Shown in pieces: positions 1-9,431 of a stretch of 64,000 nucleotides of DNA. The translations under genes were made by a program, and so were the position numbers. Origin of the DNA: Escherichia coli (GTDB lineage Bacteria > Pseudomonadota > Gammaproteobacteria > Enterobacterales > Enterobacteriaceae); NCBI RefSeq assembly GCF_013122565.1, contig NZ_CP053258.1, one strand, 5' to 3'. Every line of letters starts with the position of its first letter. The first letter of the stretch is position 1. The notes under the pieces were generated by a model, which did no database searches, was not told where the DNA came from, and saw only the letters and a list, made by a program, of their open reading frames with translations.

Positions 1-294
1 TATCTGAATCAGCTTTCAGCGCAGGGCATTCGCGTGGTCGGCATGAACTATAAAGACGATCGCCAGAAGGCAATCAGCTGGCTGAAAGAGCTGGGCAATC
101 CTTACGCGCTAAGCCTGTTTGATGGCGACGGCATGTTAGGGCTGGATCTCGGTGTCTATGGCGCGCCAGAAACGTTCCTTATTGACGGCAACGGCATCAT
201 TCGCTATCGCCATGCGGGCGATCTCAATCCTCGCGTCTGGGAAGAAGAGATCAAGCCGCTGTGGGAGAAATACAGTAAGGAGGCCGCACAATGA
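1..294 (+). CDS. ccmG: Thiol:disulfide interchange protein CcmG/DsbE, C-terminal part (5' end lies outside the window)
   Basis: Reading frame is open from base 1; translation (…LIDGNGIIRYRHAGDLNPRVWEEEI…) matches the CcmG/DsbE thioredoxin-fold C-terminus; the stop overlaps the ccmH start (ATGA at 291-294). Confidence 0.8.
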   Translation, partial: YLNQLSAQGIRVVGMNYKDDRQKAISWLKELGNPYALSLFDGDGMLGLDLGVYGAPETFLIDGNGIIRYRHAGDLNPRVWEEEIKPLWEKYSKEAAQ

Positions 295-1343
295 GGTTTT
301 TATTGGGCGTGCTGATGCTGATGATCTCCGGCTCAGCGCTGGCGACCATCGACGTGTTGCAGTTTAAAGATGAAGCACAGGAACAACAGTTCCGTCAGCT
401 CACTGAAGAACTGCGCTGCCCGAAATGCCAGAACAACAGCATTGCCGATTCCAACTCGATGATTGCCACCGACCTGCGCCAGAAAGTGTATGAACTGATG
501 CAGGAAGGTAAAAGTAAAAAAGAGATTGTCGATTATATGGTGGCGCGTTACGGCAACTTCGTCACTTACGATCCGCCGTTAACGCCGCTGACCGTATTGC
601 TGTGGGTGCTGCCAGTAGTGGCTATTGGCATTGGCGGTTGGGTCATATACGCCCGCTCGCGGCGTCGGGTACGCGTGGTGCCGGAAGCGTTTCCTGAACA
701 AAGCGTGCTGGAAGGTAAGCGTGCCGGATATGTTGTTTATCTGCCGGGTATTGTGGTGGCGTTAATTGTGGCTGGCGTCAGCTACTACCAGACTGGCAAT
801 TATCAGCAGGTGAAAATCTGGCAGCAGGCCACGGCACAGGCTCCGGCGTTGCTGGACAGGGCGCTGGATCCGAAAGCTGATCCGCTCAACGAAGAAGAGA
901 TGTCGCGCCTTGCGCTGGGGATGCGTACTCAACTGCAAAAAAATCCGGGAGATATAGACGGCTGGATTATGTTGGGCCGCGTTGGCATGGCGCTGGGTAA
1001 CGCCAGTATTGCCACCGATGCATACGCTACTGCATATCGCCTCGATCCGAAGAACAGTGATGCTGCACTGGGTTACGCTGAAGCGTTGACACGTTCATCT
1101 GATCCCAACGACAACCGCCTGGGGGGTGAACTACTACGCCAGTTGGTGAGAACGGACCATAGCAATATCCGTGTGTTAAGCATGTATGCGTTTAATGCCT
1201 TTGAGCAGCAGCGATTTGGCGAAGCCGTTGCCGCGTGGGAGATGATGTTGAAACTCTTACCTGCCAACGATACTCGCCGTGCTGTGATTGAACGTAGTAT
1301 CGCGCAGGCGATGCAACATTTGTCGCCGCAGGAGAGTAAATAA
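291..1343 (+). CDS. ccmH: Cytochrome c-type biogenesis protein CcmH (fused CcmH/CcmI type, 350 aa)
   Basis: 350-aa ORF with signal peptide, an LRCPKCQN heme-handling motif, a transmembrane segment and a TPR-like C-terminal domain; position after ccmG. Confidence 0.9.
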   Translation: MRFLLGVLMLMISGSALATIDVLQFKDEAQEQQFRQLTEELRCPKCQNNSIADSNSMIATDLRQKVYELMQEGKSKKEIVDYMVARYGNFVTYDPPLTPLTVLLWVLPVVAIGIGGWVIYARSRRRVRVVPEAFPEQSVLEGKRAGYVVYLPGIVVALIVAGVSYYQTGNYQQVKIWQQATAQAPALLDRALDPKADPLNEEEMSRLALGMRTQLQKNPGDIDGWIMLGRVGMALGNASIATDAYATAYRLDPKNSDAALGYAEALTRSSDPNDNRLGGELLRQLVRTDHSNIRVLSMYAFNAFEQQRFGEAVAAWEMMLKLLPANDTRRAVIERSIAQAMQHLSPQESK

Positions 1344-1347
1344 AAAG

Positions 1348-1380
1348 TGGCCCGATGGTGATTCCATCGGGCTATTTTTA
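1348..1380. terminator. Putative bidirectional intrinsic terminator between the convergent ccmH and narP genes
   Basis: GC-rich hairpin (cccgatgg…ccatcggg) followed by a T-rich run, immediately after the ccmH stop. Confidence 0.5.
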
Positions 1381-2025
1381 TTGTGCCCCGCGTTGTTGCA
1401 GGAACAGAATGGTGGCCGCCACGCGTGAGCGGACATTGAGTTTACGCAGCAGATTGCGAATATGTACTTTTACTGTCTGCTCGGAAATATTCAACACCGA
1501 GGCAATTTGTTTATTTGACAGCCCCTGTGCCAGCTCGTGCAGAACATCCAGCTCGCGCTCCGTCAGCACGCTGAAGGGATCTTCTTCCGCGCCAAACATT
1601 TCACGTTCACGCAAGTACTGATTGACGCGTTCGCTAAAGACTTTGCTGCCTTTCGCTCCGGCACGAATCGCTTCCAGCAACACTTCCGGGTCGCTGTCTT
1701 TCAACAGATAACCGTCTGCGCCTGCGTCTATCAGCGCAAAGACATCGCTGGAGGCATCTGATACGGTCAGGATAATAATTTGCGCGGTAACGCCATCCCT
1801 GCGCAAGGCATTGAGGGTATCCAGGCCACTCATACCTTTCATATTGAGATCCAGCAAGATCACGTCGATATCCAGTCTATTCGCCAGATCGATAGCACTC
1901 GCGCCGTCGCCTGCTTCGGCGACCACTTCAAAGCCAGGATCAAGCTCCAGTAACTGACGAACACCGCGTCGCATAAGTGGATGATCATCCACAATCATCA
2001 CCTGAAAAGGCGTTGCTTCAGGCAT
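1378..2025 (-). CDS. narP: Nitrate/nitrite response regulator NarP (NarL/FixJ family)
   Basis: Translation starts MPEATPFQVMIVDDHPLMRRGV…; receiver domain plus LuxR-type HTH; start trimmed to the internal ATG giving 215 aa. Confidence 0.9.
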   Translation of the reverse strand: MPEATPFQVMIVDDHPLMRRGVRQLLELDPGFEVVAEAGDGASAIDLANRLDIDVILLDLNMKGMSGLDTLNALRRDGVTAQIIILTVSDASSDVFALIDAGADGYLLKDSDPEVLLEAIRAGAKGSKVFSERVNQYLREREMFGAEEDPFSVLTERELDVLHELAQGLSNKQIASVLNISEQTVKVHIRNLLRKLNVRSRVAATILFLQQRGAQ

Positions 2026-2344
2026 AGTAGTCTCCTGAGGTTTTATTAGAATCATTATGTTTGAGCGTAGCGTTGGTAACGCTACCAGGCGCGTGAATGT
2101 TACCCCATTTTATGTATGGACATGTAGTGAAAACTACAACCTTGTCGTTCGCTTCGGCATCATTTTCATTATAAAGACGGAATTTTGCATCAGCTTCTCA
2201 TCAAGAAAAACACCTAAAAAATCAATCACAATACTTGTGCATTTCTTTAAACAGTTTTTAAAAACTGACTCCGGGTATGGAGCTATGGGTATTTTCCGTA
2301 CCCAATGCTTTTAACAGCAATTAATTTCATAGGATGAAAGCTCA

Positions 2345-4936
2345 ATGCATCAATCTGGTTCTGTTTCTCTTTGTCGTTCCGCAATATCTGTTCTGGTGGC
2401 TACAGCGTTATATTCACCCATAGCATTGGCATCAACAGTTGAGTATGGTGAGACAGTTGATGGTGTTGTCCTGGAAAAAGATATCCAGCTGGTTTATGGG
2501 ACCGCCAATAATACGAAAATCAATCCTGGCGGAGAACAGCATATTAAAGAATTTGGTATAAGTAGTAATACTGAAATTAACGGCGGGTATCAGTACATTG
2601 AAATGAATGGCACCGCAGAATACTCCGTATTAAATGATGGTTATCAAATTGTTCAAATGGGTGGCGCGGCAAACCAGACTACCCTCAATAATGGTGTGCT
2701 ACAGGTTTATGGCGCAGCGAATGATCCCACGATTAAAGGCGGGCGCTTAATCGTTGAAAAAGATGGGATTACCGTCCTTGCCGCTATCGAAAAGGGAGGA
2801 TTACTGGAGGTTAAAGAGGGGGGGTTAGCGATTGCGGTAGATCAGAAAGCCGGCGGTGCTATTAAAACAACCACGCGGGCCATGGAGGTATTCGGAACAA
2901 ACCGTCTCGGTCAGTTCGATATCAAGAATGGTATTGCTAACAATATGCTGTTGGAAAACGGCGGAAGTTTGCGAGTTGAAGAAAATGACTTCGCTTATAA
3001 TACTACTGTAGATAGTGGCGGCTTACTGGAGGTTATGGATGGCGGGACTGCAACTGGCGTTGATAAAAAAGCAGGCGGAAAATTAATTGTCTCAACGAAT
3101 GCGCTGGAAGTGAGTGGTACAAACAGTAAAGGCCAATTTAGTATAAAAGATGGTGTGTCAAAAAATTATGAACTGGACGATGGTTCCGGGCTCATTGTTA
3201 TGGAGGACACGCAGGCCATTGATACTATCCTTGATGAGCATGCCACTATGCAATCGCTGGGAAAGGATACTGGTACGAGAGTGCAGGCAAATGCGGTATA
3301 TGATCTGGGTCGATCAGATCAGAATGGAAGTATCACGTATTCCTCTAAAGCCATCTCTGAAAATATGGTTATCAACAATGGCCGCGCTAATGTCTGGGCA
3401 GGCACAATGGTTAACGTTTCAGTCAGAGGGAATGATGGCATTCTTGAGGTCATGAAGCCGCAAATAAATTATGCACCCGCTATGTTGGTGGGTAGTGTCG
3501 TGGTTTCTGAGGGCGCTTCTTTAAGAACGCATGGTGCCGTGGATACCAGCAAAGCGGATGTTTCGCTCGAAAATAGCTCATGGACCATCATTGCCGATAT
3601 CACTACGACGAACCAAAACACCCGCCTCAATTTAGCCAACCTTGCGATGTCTGGCGCAAATGTGATTATGATGGATGAGCCAGTGACTCGTTCATCTGTG
3701 ACGGCAAGTGCGGAAAATTTCACTACGTTGACCACCAATACCCTGTCGGGAAACGGCAATTTTTATATGCGTACCGATATGGCTAATCATCAGAGCGATC
3801 AGCTCAACGTCACCGGACAGGCAACAGGTGATTTCAAAATATTCGTGACGGACACCGGTGCCAGCCCGGCAGCAGGAGATAGCCTTACACTGGTAACAAC
3901 GGGCGGCGGTGATGCTGCATTTACGTTGGGCAATGCCGGAGGCGTTGTTGATATCGGTACGTATGAATATACCTTGCTGGATAATGGCAATCATAGCTGG
4001 AGTCTGGCAGAGAATCGCGCGCAAATTACCCCTTCAACCACTGATGTGCTAAATATGGCGGCAGCACAACCGCTGGTATTTGATGCAGAACTGGACACCG
4101 TGCGTGAGCGTCTTGGTAGCGTAAAAGGCGTTAGTTACGATACGGCGATGTGGAGTTCGGCAATTAACACCCGCAACAACGTGACCACTGATGCGGGCGC
4201 TGGTTTTGAGCAAACATTGACGGGCCTGACGCTCGGTATCGATAGCCGTTTCTCCCGTGAAGAAAGCAGTACAATTCGCGGCTTGTTCTTTGGTTACTCT
4301 CATTCTGATATTGGTTTTGATCGCGGCGGCAAAGGCAATGTCGATAGCTATACCCTGGGTGCTTATGCCGGTTGGGAGCATCAGAACGGTGCCTATGTTG
4401 ATGGGGTGGTGAAAGTTGACCGTTTTGCCAACACCATCCATGGCAAGATGAGTAATGGGGCAACAGCGTTTGGCGATTACAATAGTAACGGCGCGGGTGC
4501 TCATGTTGAGAGCGGGTTCCGTTGGGTTGACGGATTGTGGAGTGTTAGACCCTATCTGGCCTTTACCGGCTTTACCACAGATGGTCAGGACTACACGTTA
4601 TCAAACGGCATGCGCGCGGACGTGGGAAATACCCGGATATTACGCGCTGAAGCGGGAACGGCGGTAAGCTATCACATGGACCTGCAAAACGGTACGACGC
4701 TGGAACCCTGGCTGAAAGCCGCCGTGCGTCAGGAATACGCCGATTCTAACCAGGTGAAAGTTAATGACGATGGCAAATTTAATAATGATGTGGCTGGAAC
4801 CAGTGGCGTTTATCAGGCTGGGATAAGGTCATCGTTTACCCCGACGTTAAGCGGTCATTTGTCAGTCAGCTATGGCAATGGCGCAGGGGTAGAATCACCG
4901 TGGAATACTCAGGCGGGTGTGGTCTGGTCGTTCTGA
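2345..4936 (+). CDS. yejO: Adhesin-like autotransporter (type Va secretion), apparently intact, 863 aa
   Basis: N-terminal signal peptide, repetitive Gly/Thr/Asn-rich passenger region, C-terminal beta-barrel translocator ending in …AGVVWSF; located next to tRNA-Pro and narP. Confidence 0.8.
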   Translation: MHQSGSVSLCRSAISVLVATALYSPIALASTVEYGETVDGVVLEKDIQLVYGTANNTKINPGGEQHIKEFGISSNTEINGGYQYIEMNGTAEYSVLNDGYQIVQMGGAANQTTLNNGVLQVYGAANDPTIKGGRLIVEKDGITVLAAIEKGGLLEVKEGGLAIAVDQKAGGAIKTTTRAMEVFGTNRLGQFDIKNGIANNMLLENGGSLRVEENDFAYNTTVDSGGLLEVMDGGTATGVDKKAGGKLIVSTNALEVSGTNSKGQFSIKDGVSKNYELDDGSGLIVMEDTQAIDTILDEHATMQSLGKDTGTRVQANAVYDLGRSDQNGSITYSSKAISENMVINNGRANVWAGTMVNVSVRGNDGILEVMKPQINYAPAMLVGSVVVSEGASLRTHGAVDTSKADVSLENSSWTIIADITTTNQNTRLNLANLAMSGANVIMMDEPVTRSSVTASAENFTTLTTNTLSGNGNFYMRTDMANHQSDQLNVTGQATGDFKIFVTDTGASPAAGDSLTLVTTGGGDAAFTLGNAGGVVDIGTYEYTLLDNGNHSWSLAENRAQITPSTTDVLNMAAAQPLVFDAELDTVRERLGSVKGVSYDTAMWSSAINTRNNVTTDAGAGFEQTLTGLTLGIDSRFSREESSTIRGLFFGYSHSDIGFDRGGKGNVDSYTLGAYAGWEHQNGAYVDGVVKVDRFANTIHGKMSNGATAFGDYNSNGAGAHVESGFRWVDGLWSVRPYLAFTGFTTDGQDYTLSNGMRADVGNTRILRAEAGTAVSYHMDLQNGTTLEPWLKAAVRQEYADSNQVKVNDDGKFNNDVAGTSGVYQAGIRSSFTPTLSGHLSVSYGNGAGVESPWNTQAGVVWSF

Positions 4937-5000
4937 TAACAGAAAATAAACAGGCTGTGATGTGTCGCGGTCTGTTTATCGAATTAAATGCAGATATAAA

Positions 5001-5030
5001 AAAACCAACCGTAAAGGTTGGTTTTTTTTG
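5001..5030. terminator. Bidirectional intrinsic terminator (serves yejO on + and tRNA-Pro on -)
   Basis: Hairpin aaccaacc-gtaaa-ggttggtt flanked by an A-run upstream and a T-run downstream. Confidence 0.65.
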
Positions 5031-5037
5031 GGATTTT

Positions 5038-5114
5038 TGGTCGGCACGAGAGGATTTGAACCTCCGACCCCCGACACCCCATGACGGTGCGCTACCAGGC
5101 TGCGCTACGTGCCG
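5038..5114 (-). tRNA. proL: tRNA-Pro
   Basis: 77-nt sequence on the minus strand reading CGGCACGTAGCGCAGCCTGGTAGCGCACCGTCATGGGGTGTCGGGGGTCGGAGGTTCAAATCCTCTCGTGCCGACCA, with a paired acceptor stem, T-loop GGTTCAAATCC and encoded CCA. Confidence 0.85.
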
Positions 5115-5188
5115 ACTCGTGGCTGTTAATACTACCGTTTTCCACACCGATTGCAAGTAAGATATTTTGCTAACTGATTTATAATTAA

Positions 5189-6949
5189 TCAGTTAGCGAT
5201 AAAACGCTTCTCGTCTGTCAGTACTTGCAATAACAAACTTAACTGTGGTTTTTCATCTTTCACTCTTTCACCACGTAAGTTGTAAGTACGGTATTTACCG
5301 TTATTGTTCAGCACCAGCGTCTTTTTCGGGGTGGTAATTGCCAGCGTATCGTTATCCGCGGCGGTAACCCAGTAATGACGGCGTTGAGGGTTGAACAAAT
5401 CCTGACCTTGCGAATATTCGCTGGCAGGTGTGCTGACATGTAGCAGGCGTTGCATCAGCGTCGTCATCAGATCGGTATGATCAGTCAGAGCATTAATACG
5501 CTGCGCCGGCGTGCCTGGCCAGTGAATCACTAATGGTACCTGCAGATGACCGTGGGACCAGTCAAAGGTTTCTTCCTCTTCGCTCAGCGGAATACCCCGA
5601 CCGGCAGTGATAATCACCACCGTATTGTCCAGTTTGCCAGAATCACGCAGTGCATTGAGCACGCGGTTGATCTGGTCATCGACATTGCCTGCCGCCCGGC
5701 TATATTTCCGTGAAAATGCCTGCTGATTGCTGTCGTCAATGTTAGTGCCATTGAAAGAGACCCACGAGAACCAGCGGTTATCTTCTTGTGCGTAGCGGCC
5801 CAGCCAGTTGATCCACTGCGTGGCGGTCTGCTCGTCGGATTGGGTGCGTACGCTCGGCATCGAGAAATCTGACAACAATGCCTGGCGATACAGCGGGCTG
5901 GTAAAGCCATCTGACGAGAATAACCCCAGCTGATAGCCTTGCTGATTAAGCGCAGTAATTAACGCCGCAGGGGTACGGGTCGACAGAATGCCGTCCATAT
6001 AGCTCGGCGAGATGCCATAGAACAGGCCAAAGATGCCGTTGTCTGTAGTGTTGCCGGAGCTCATATGGCGCGTGAACGAAATATTTTGCTCAGCAAAACC
6101 TGCCAGCGCAGGCATCTGCTTCTCGAAGCGTGAGTAGTTCAGGCCATCGACAGTAATCAACAGCACATTCTGCCCAGTGCCCATATCGCGATAGCGCAGT
6201 TCGCTTAACGGATACTGAACGGAAACGGCGTCTGGATTACCTTGCTCAATAAGACGGCGTTGATACTCCTGCGCATCAAGCAGGCCATGCTTCTCAAGAA
6301 AACGTCGCGCCGTCATCGGGTACGAAAGCGGCAGGTTAGCGCGCTGCATGGTGATCGGGCGATAGAAGTTGGCATCGGCCCAGATATACACCACATGCGA
6401 GGCGATAAAGGCGATAAATAAGAATGCGGCCAGCGGGCGCGCGAAGCGTCGACGACGCGTCAGGCTGCGCAGCTTTTGCCAGCTCCACGTCGCAAACACC
6501 AGTTCAAGCAATAAAATAACCGGCACGCTGATGAACATCAGCTGCCAGTCGCGCGCCATCTCATTTTCGTCTGGGTTGATAACCAGTTGCCAGACGATGG
6601 GATTAAGATGGAGATGGAAACGAGTAAAGACTTCGCTATCGATCAGTAATAGCGTCATTCCCGCCGTTGCCAGAATGACGGACAAAAACCTCATCAGCCT
6701 CTGGGAGCCGACGATAAAGGTCAGCGGGAAGAGGATTAGCAAGTAGGTGGCAAACACCAGGAAGCTGAAATGGCCGATAATGCTTACGTAGGAATAAATG
6801 CGACCAGCAAGCGTGGTCGGCCAGTCGGCGATAAACAGGTAACGGCTGCCAATGACGAGCGAAAGCAGAATATTGAACAGTGCAAACCAGTGCCCCCAAC
6901 TGACCATCTGGGAGACTTTTTCACGGTAGCGCTGACGATGAGTTACCAT
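5189..6949 (-). CDS. yejM: Inner-membrane sulfatase-fold protein YejM/PbgA (regulator of LPS/cardiolipin homeostasis)
   Basis: 586-aa ORF with five N-terminal transmembrane helices and a periplasmic alkaline-phosphatase/sulfatase-like domain; conserved position. Confidence 0.9.
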   Translation of the reverse strand: MVTHRQRYREKVSQMVSWGHWFALFNILLSLVIGSRYLFIADWPTTLAGRIYSYVSIIGHFSFLVFATYLLILFPLTFIVGSQRLMRFLSVILATAGMTLLLIDSEVFTRFHLHLNPIVWQLVINPDENEMARDWQLMFISVPVILLLELVFATWSWQKLRSLTRRRRFARPLAAFLFIAFIASHVVYIWADANFYRPITMQRANLPLSYPMTARRFLEKHGLLDAQEYQRRLIEQGNPDAVSVQYPLSELRYRDMGTGQNVLLITVDGLNYSRFEKQMPALAGFAEQNISFTRHMSSGNTTDNGIFGLFYGISPSYMDGILSTRTPAALITALNQQGYQLGLFSSDGFTSPLYRQALLSDFSMPSVRTQSDEQTATQWINWLGRYAQEDNRWFSWVSFNGTNIDDSNQQAFSRKYSRAAGNVDDQINRVLNALRDSGKLDNTVVIITAGRGIPLSEEEETFDWSHGHLQVPLVIHWPGTPAQRINALTDHTDLMTTLMQRLLHVSTPASEYSQGQDLFNPQRRHYWVTAADNDTLAITTPKKTLVLNNNGKYRTYNLRGERVKDEKPQLSLLLQVLTDEKRFIAN

Positions 6950-6968
6950 AACCTGTTATCTGTTTCCC

Positions 6969-7196
6969 TTAGTGCGCTTTGTCTTCGTTGATAGAGGACT
7001 GTAAGGCGCGGGCAAAAGAGTTGGCAATTGCCTGGCGTTGGGCCGGGGCAATGCTAGTGTTGATAAGGTTAGTGACCATGTTGCCTAACACCATCAGGGA
7101 AAGGTCGGTCGGAGCCTTATGTTTTTCCAGTACGTTGAGCAGCTCTGCGAGCAATTGTTCAACTTGTTCATCACTGTAGCGGGAAATTTGTGGCAT
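6969..7196 (-). CDS. yejL: UPF0352 small protein YejL
   Basis: 75-aa ORF ([26 protein letters not shown]…), conserved position between yejM and yejK. Confidence 0.8.
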
Positions 7197-7377
7197 AAAT
7201 CGAAATCAGTTAGTTGATGAAAGGGCAACATATTACCGTAGCAACGGTTTTTTTTCTGCTTTTTTATGCGTTAAATCATTCTCGTTACGCTGCCTTCTGT
7301 AAAATGACCGCCATCTTTTATTGCGTCGCTTAACCGGCGGTGGTTGAATACCGCCCGGTCTTAAAGGAGAGTTTATC

Positions 7378-8385
7378 ATGAGTCTGGATATCAACCAGAT
7401 TGCTCTGCACCAGCTTATCAAGCGTGATGAGCAGAACCTTGAGCTGGTGTTGCGCGATTCATTGCTGGAACCGACAGAAACCGTCGTTGAGATGGTGGCA
7501 GAACTGCATCGGGTCTATAGCGCCAAAAATAAAGCTTACGGCTTGTTTAGCGAAGAGAGTGAACTGGCGCAGACGCTGCGCTTACAGCGTCAGGGCGAAG
7601 AGGACTTTCTGGCATTTAGCCGCGCGGCAACCGGTCGCCTGCGTGACGAATTAGCGAAATATCCTTTTGCTGACGGTGGATTCGTGCTGTTTTGCCACTA
7701 CCGTTATCTGGCGGTGGAGTATCTGCTGGTGGCAGTCCTGAGCAACCTGAGCAGTATGCGCGTTAACGAAAATCTCGACATCAACCCAACCCATTATCTT
7801 GATATCAATCATGCGGATATTGTTGCGCGTATCGATTTAACCGAATGGGAAACCAATCCAGAGTCGACCCGCTATCTCACTTTCCTGAAAGGGCGAGTAG
7901 GGCGCAAAGTGGCGGATTTCTTTATGGATTTCCTCGGGGCCAGCGAAGGGTTAAACGCGAAAGCGCAAAACCGTGGGCTGTTGCAAGCGGTTGATGATTT
8001 CACTGCCGAAGCACAACTGGATAAAGCAGAGCGACAGAACGTGCGCCAGCAGGTTTATAGCTACTGTAATGAGCAGCTGCAGGCAGGCGAAGAGATTGAA
8101 CTGGAGTCGCTGTCGAAAGAGCTGGCAGGCGTCAGCGAAGTGAGCTTCACGGAGTTTGCGGCTGAAAAAGGCTACGAACTGGAAGAGAGCTTCCCGGCAG
8201 ACCGTAGCACACTGCGTCAGTTGACGAAGTTTGCCGGTAGCGGCGGTGGCTTGACTATTAACTTTGATGCGATGCTGTTAGGTGAACGCATCTTCTGGGA
8301 TCCGGCGACCGATACCCTGACCATTAAAGGCACGCCGCCGAATTTGCGCGACCAATTGCAGCGCCGGACGTCTGGTGGGAACTAA
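7378..8385 (+). CDS. yejK: Nucleoid-associated protein YejK (NdpA)
   Basis: 335-aa ORF ([19 protein letters not shown]…), conserved gene order. Confidence 0.9.
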
Positions 8386-8765
8386 ATCTCCAACGCGAAT
8401 GTTTCTTTTCGGAGAAACAGTTGCGGGATAATCACAATTCTTGTCAATCAGTTAGTGAGATGACTTGCTGATTGACCTTTCATTCGAAAATGTTTTCTCT
8501 GTTATTATACTTAGTGTTACTGAAAATATTATTCTCTTATCCCCTTTATTCGATAATAAATCGGTCTGGTCACTATTTCCGCCGTTTTTTGTGAGCTGTA
8601 ACACTGGAAAAATCATTCTGTTTAATTATATTGAGTTTACTTGGCGTTATATGTTGTTATTTGCTTTGACTATATAAAATGCAAATGTATTCTTAATGTC
8701 AATATTATTGTCGTTATGTTTGACTCATTATATTAATCGTATGAATAGTTTTAAGGATTCACCGC

Positions 8766-9338
8766 ATGGAGCAAGAAAATCCTGAAGATAGAAAGTGTTG
8801 TCGACCGAAAAAAACGTTCTCTTTAACCAGAAAATTACTGGTATGTTTTATCTTTACCCTCATTGTATTCAGTGGTTGTTTATTTGTCGTTATGAACACG
8901 GTCATTCATAACACCAGCACTGACAGCTTTTGCCTGGGTTGTCATGAAATGAAAGACAACATCCTTACCGAGAGTTTCAAAAAATCCATTCATGGCAGTA
9001 ATCGTACTGGCGTGAAAGTCGCTTGTGCCGATTGCCATATTCCTGATGAATTTGTCCCTAAGATGATCAGAAAAGCCCACGCCGTTAAAGAGGTTTGGGG
9101 GCATATGACAGGCGTAATTGATACGGCCGATAAATTCGATGCACATCGTGGCGAAATGGCAAAAGCGGAATGGGCAAGAATGAAAGCAAACAATTCGCAG
9201 GAATGCAGAGACTGCCACGATATTTCTAAATTACAGAAAAAATTTATGGCGCCGTTCCATGAGGCTTCTCTTAAAGAAGGGAAAACATGCATTGATTGTC
9301 ATGCCGGCATTGCACATAAATTACCAGCAGTTCATTAG
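8766..9338 (+). CDS. NapC/NirT/CymA-family membrane-anchored tetraheme cytochrome c (putative quinol dehydrogenase)
   Basis: 190-aa ORF with an N-terminal transmembrane helix and four CxxCH heme-binding motifs (CLGCH, CADCH, CRDCH, CIDCH); AAGGA Shine-Dalgarno sequence 8 nt upstream; AT-rich codon usage. Confidence 0.85.
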   Translation: MEQENPEDRKCCRPKKTFSLTRKLLVCFIFTLIVFSGCLFVVMNTVIHNTSTDSFCLGCHEMKDNILTESFKKSIHGSNRTGVKVACADCHIPDEFVPKMIRKAHAVKEVWGHMTGVIDTADKFDAHRGEMAKAEWARMKANNSQECRDCHDISKLQKKFMAPFHEASLKEGKTCIDCHAGIAHKLPAVH

Positions 9339-9431
9339 TCATTAATACATGAATGTCATGTCTGTCTGGTTTCAAATAAAAACAAGAAGGGTTTCATGTT
9401 GATTTAAGTTTTTATGTAAAAGGACCATGTT

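Noticed and set aside
3150-4504. Several 60-150-aa ORFs on both strands inside yejO
   Set aside because: All are nested within or antisense to the long autotransporter frame and have no independent signals; out-of-frame artefacts of a repetitive gene.
8465-8677. 70-aa ORF in the AT-rich leader upstream of the cytochrome island
   Set aside because: No ribosome-binding site, extreme AT-rich and hydrophobic composition, no recognisable motif; more likely non-coding promoter/leader DNA.
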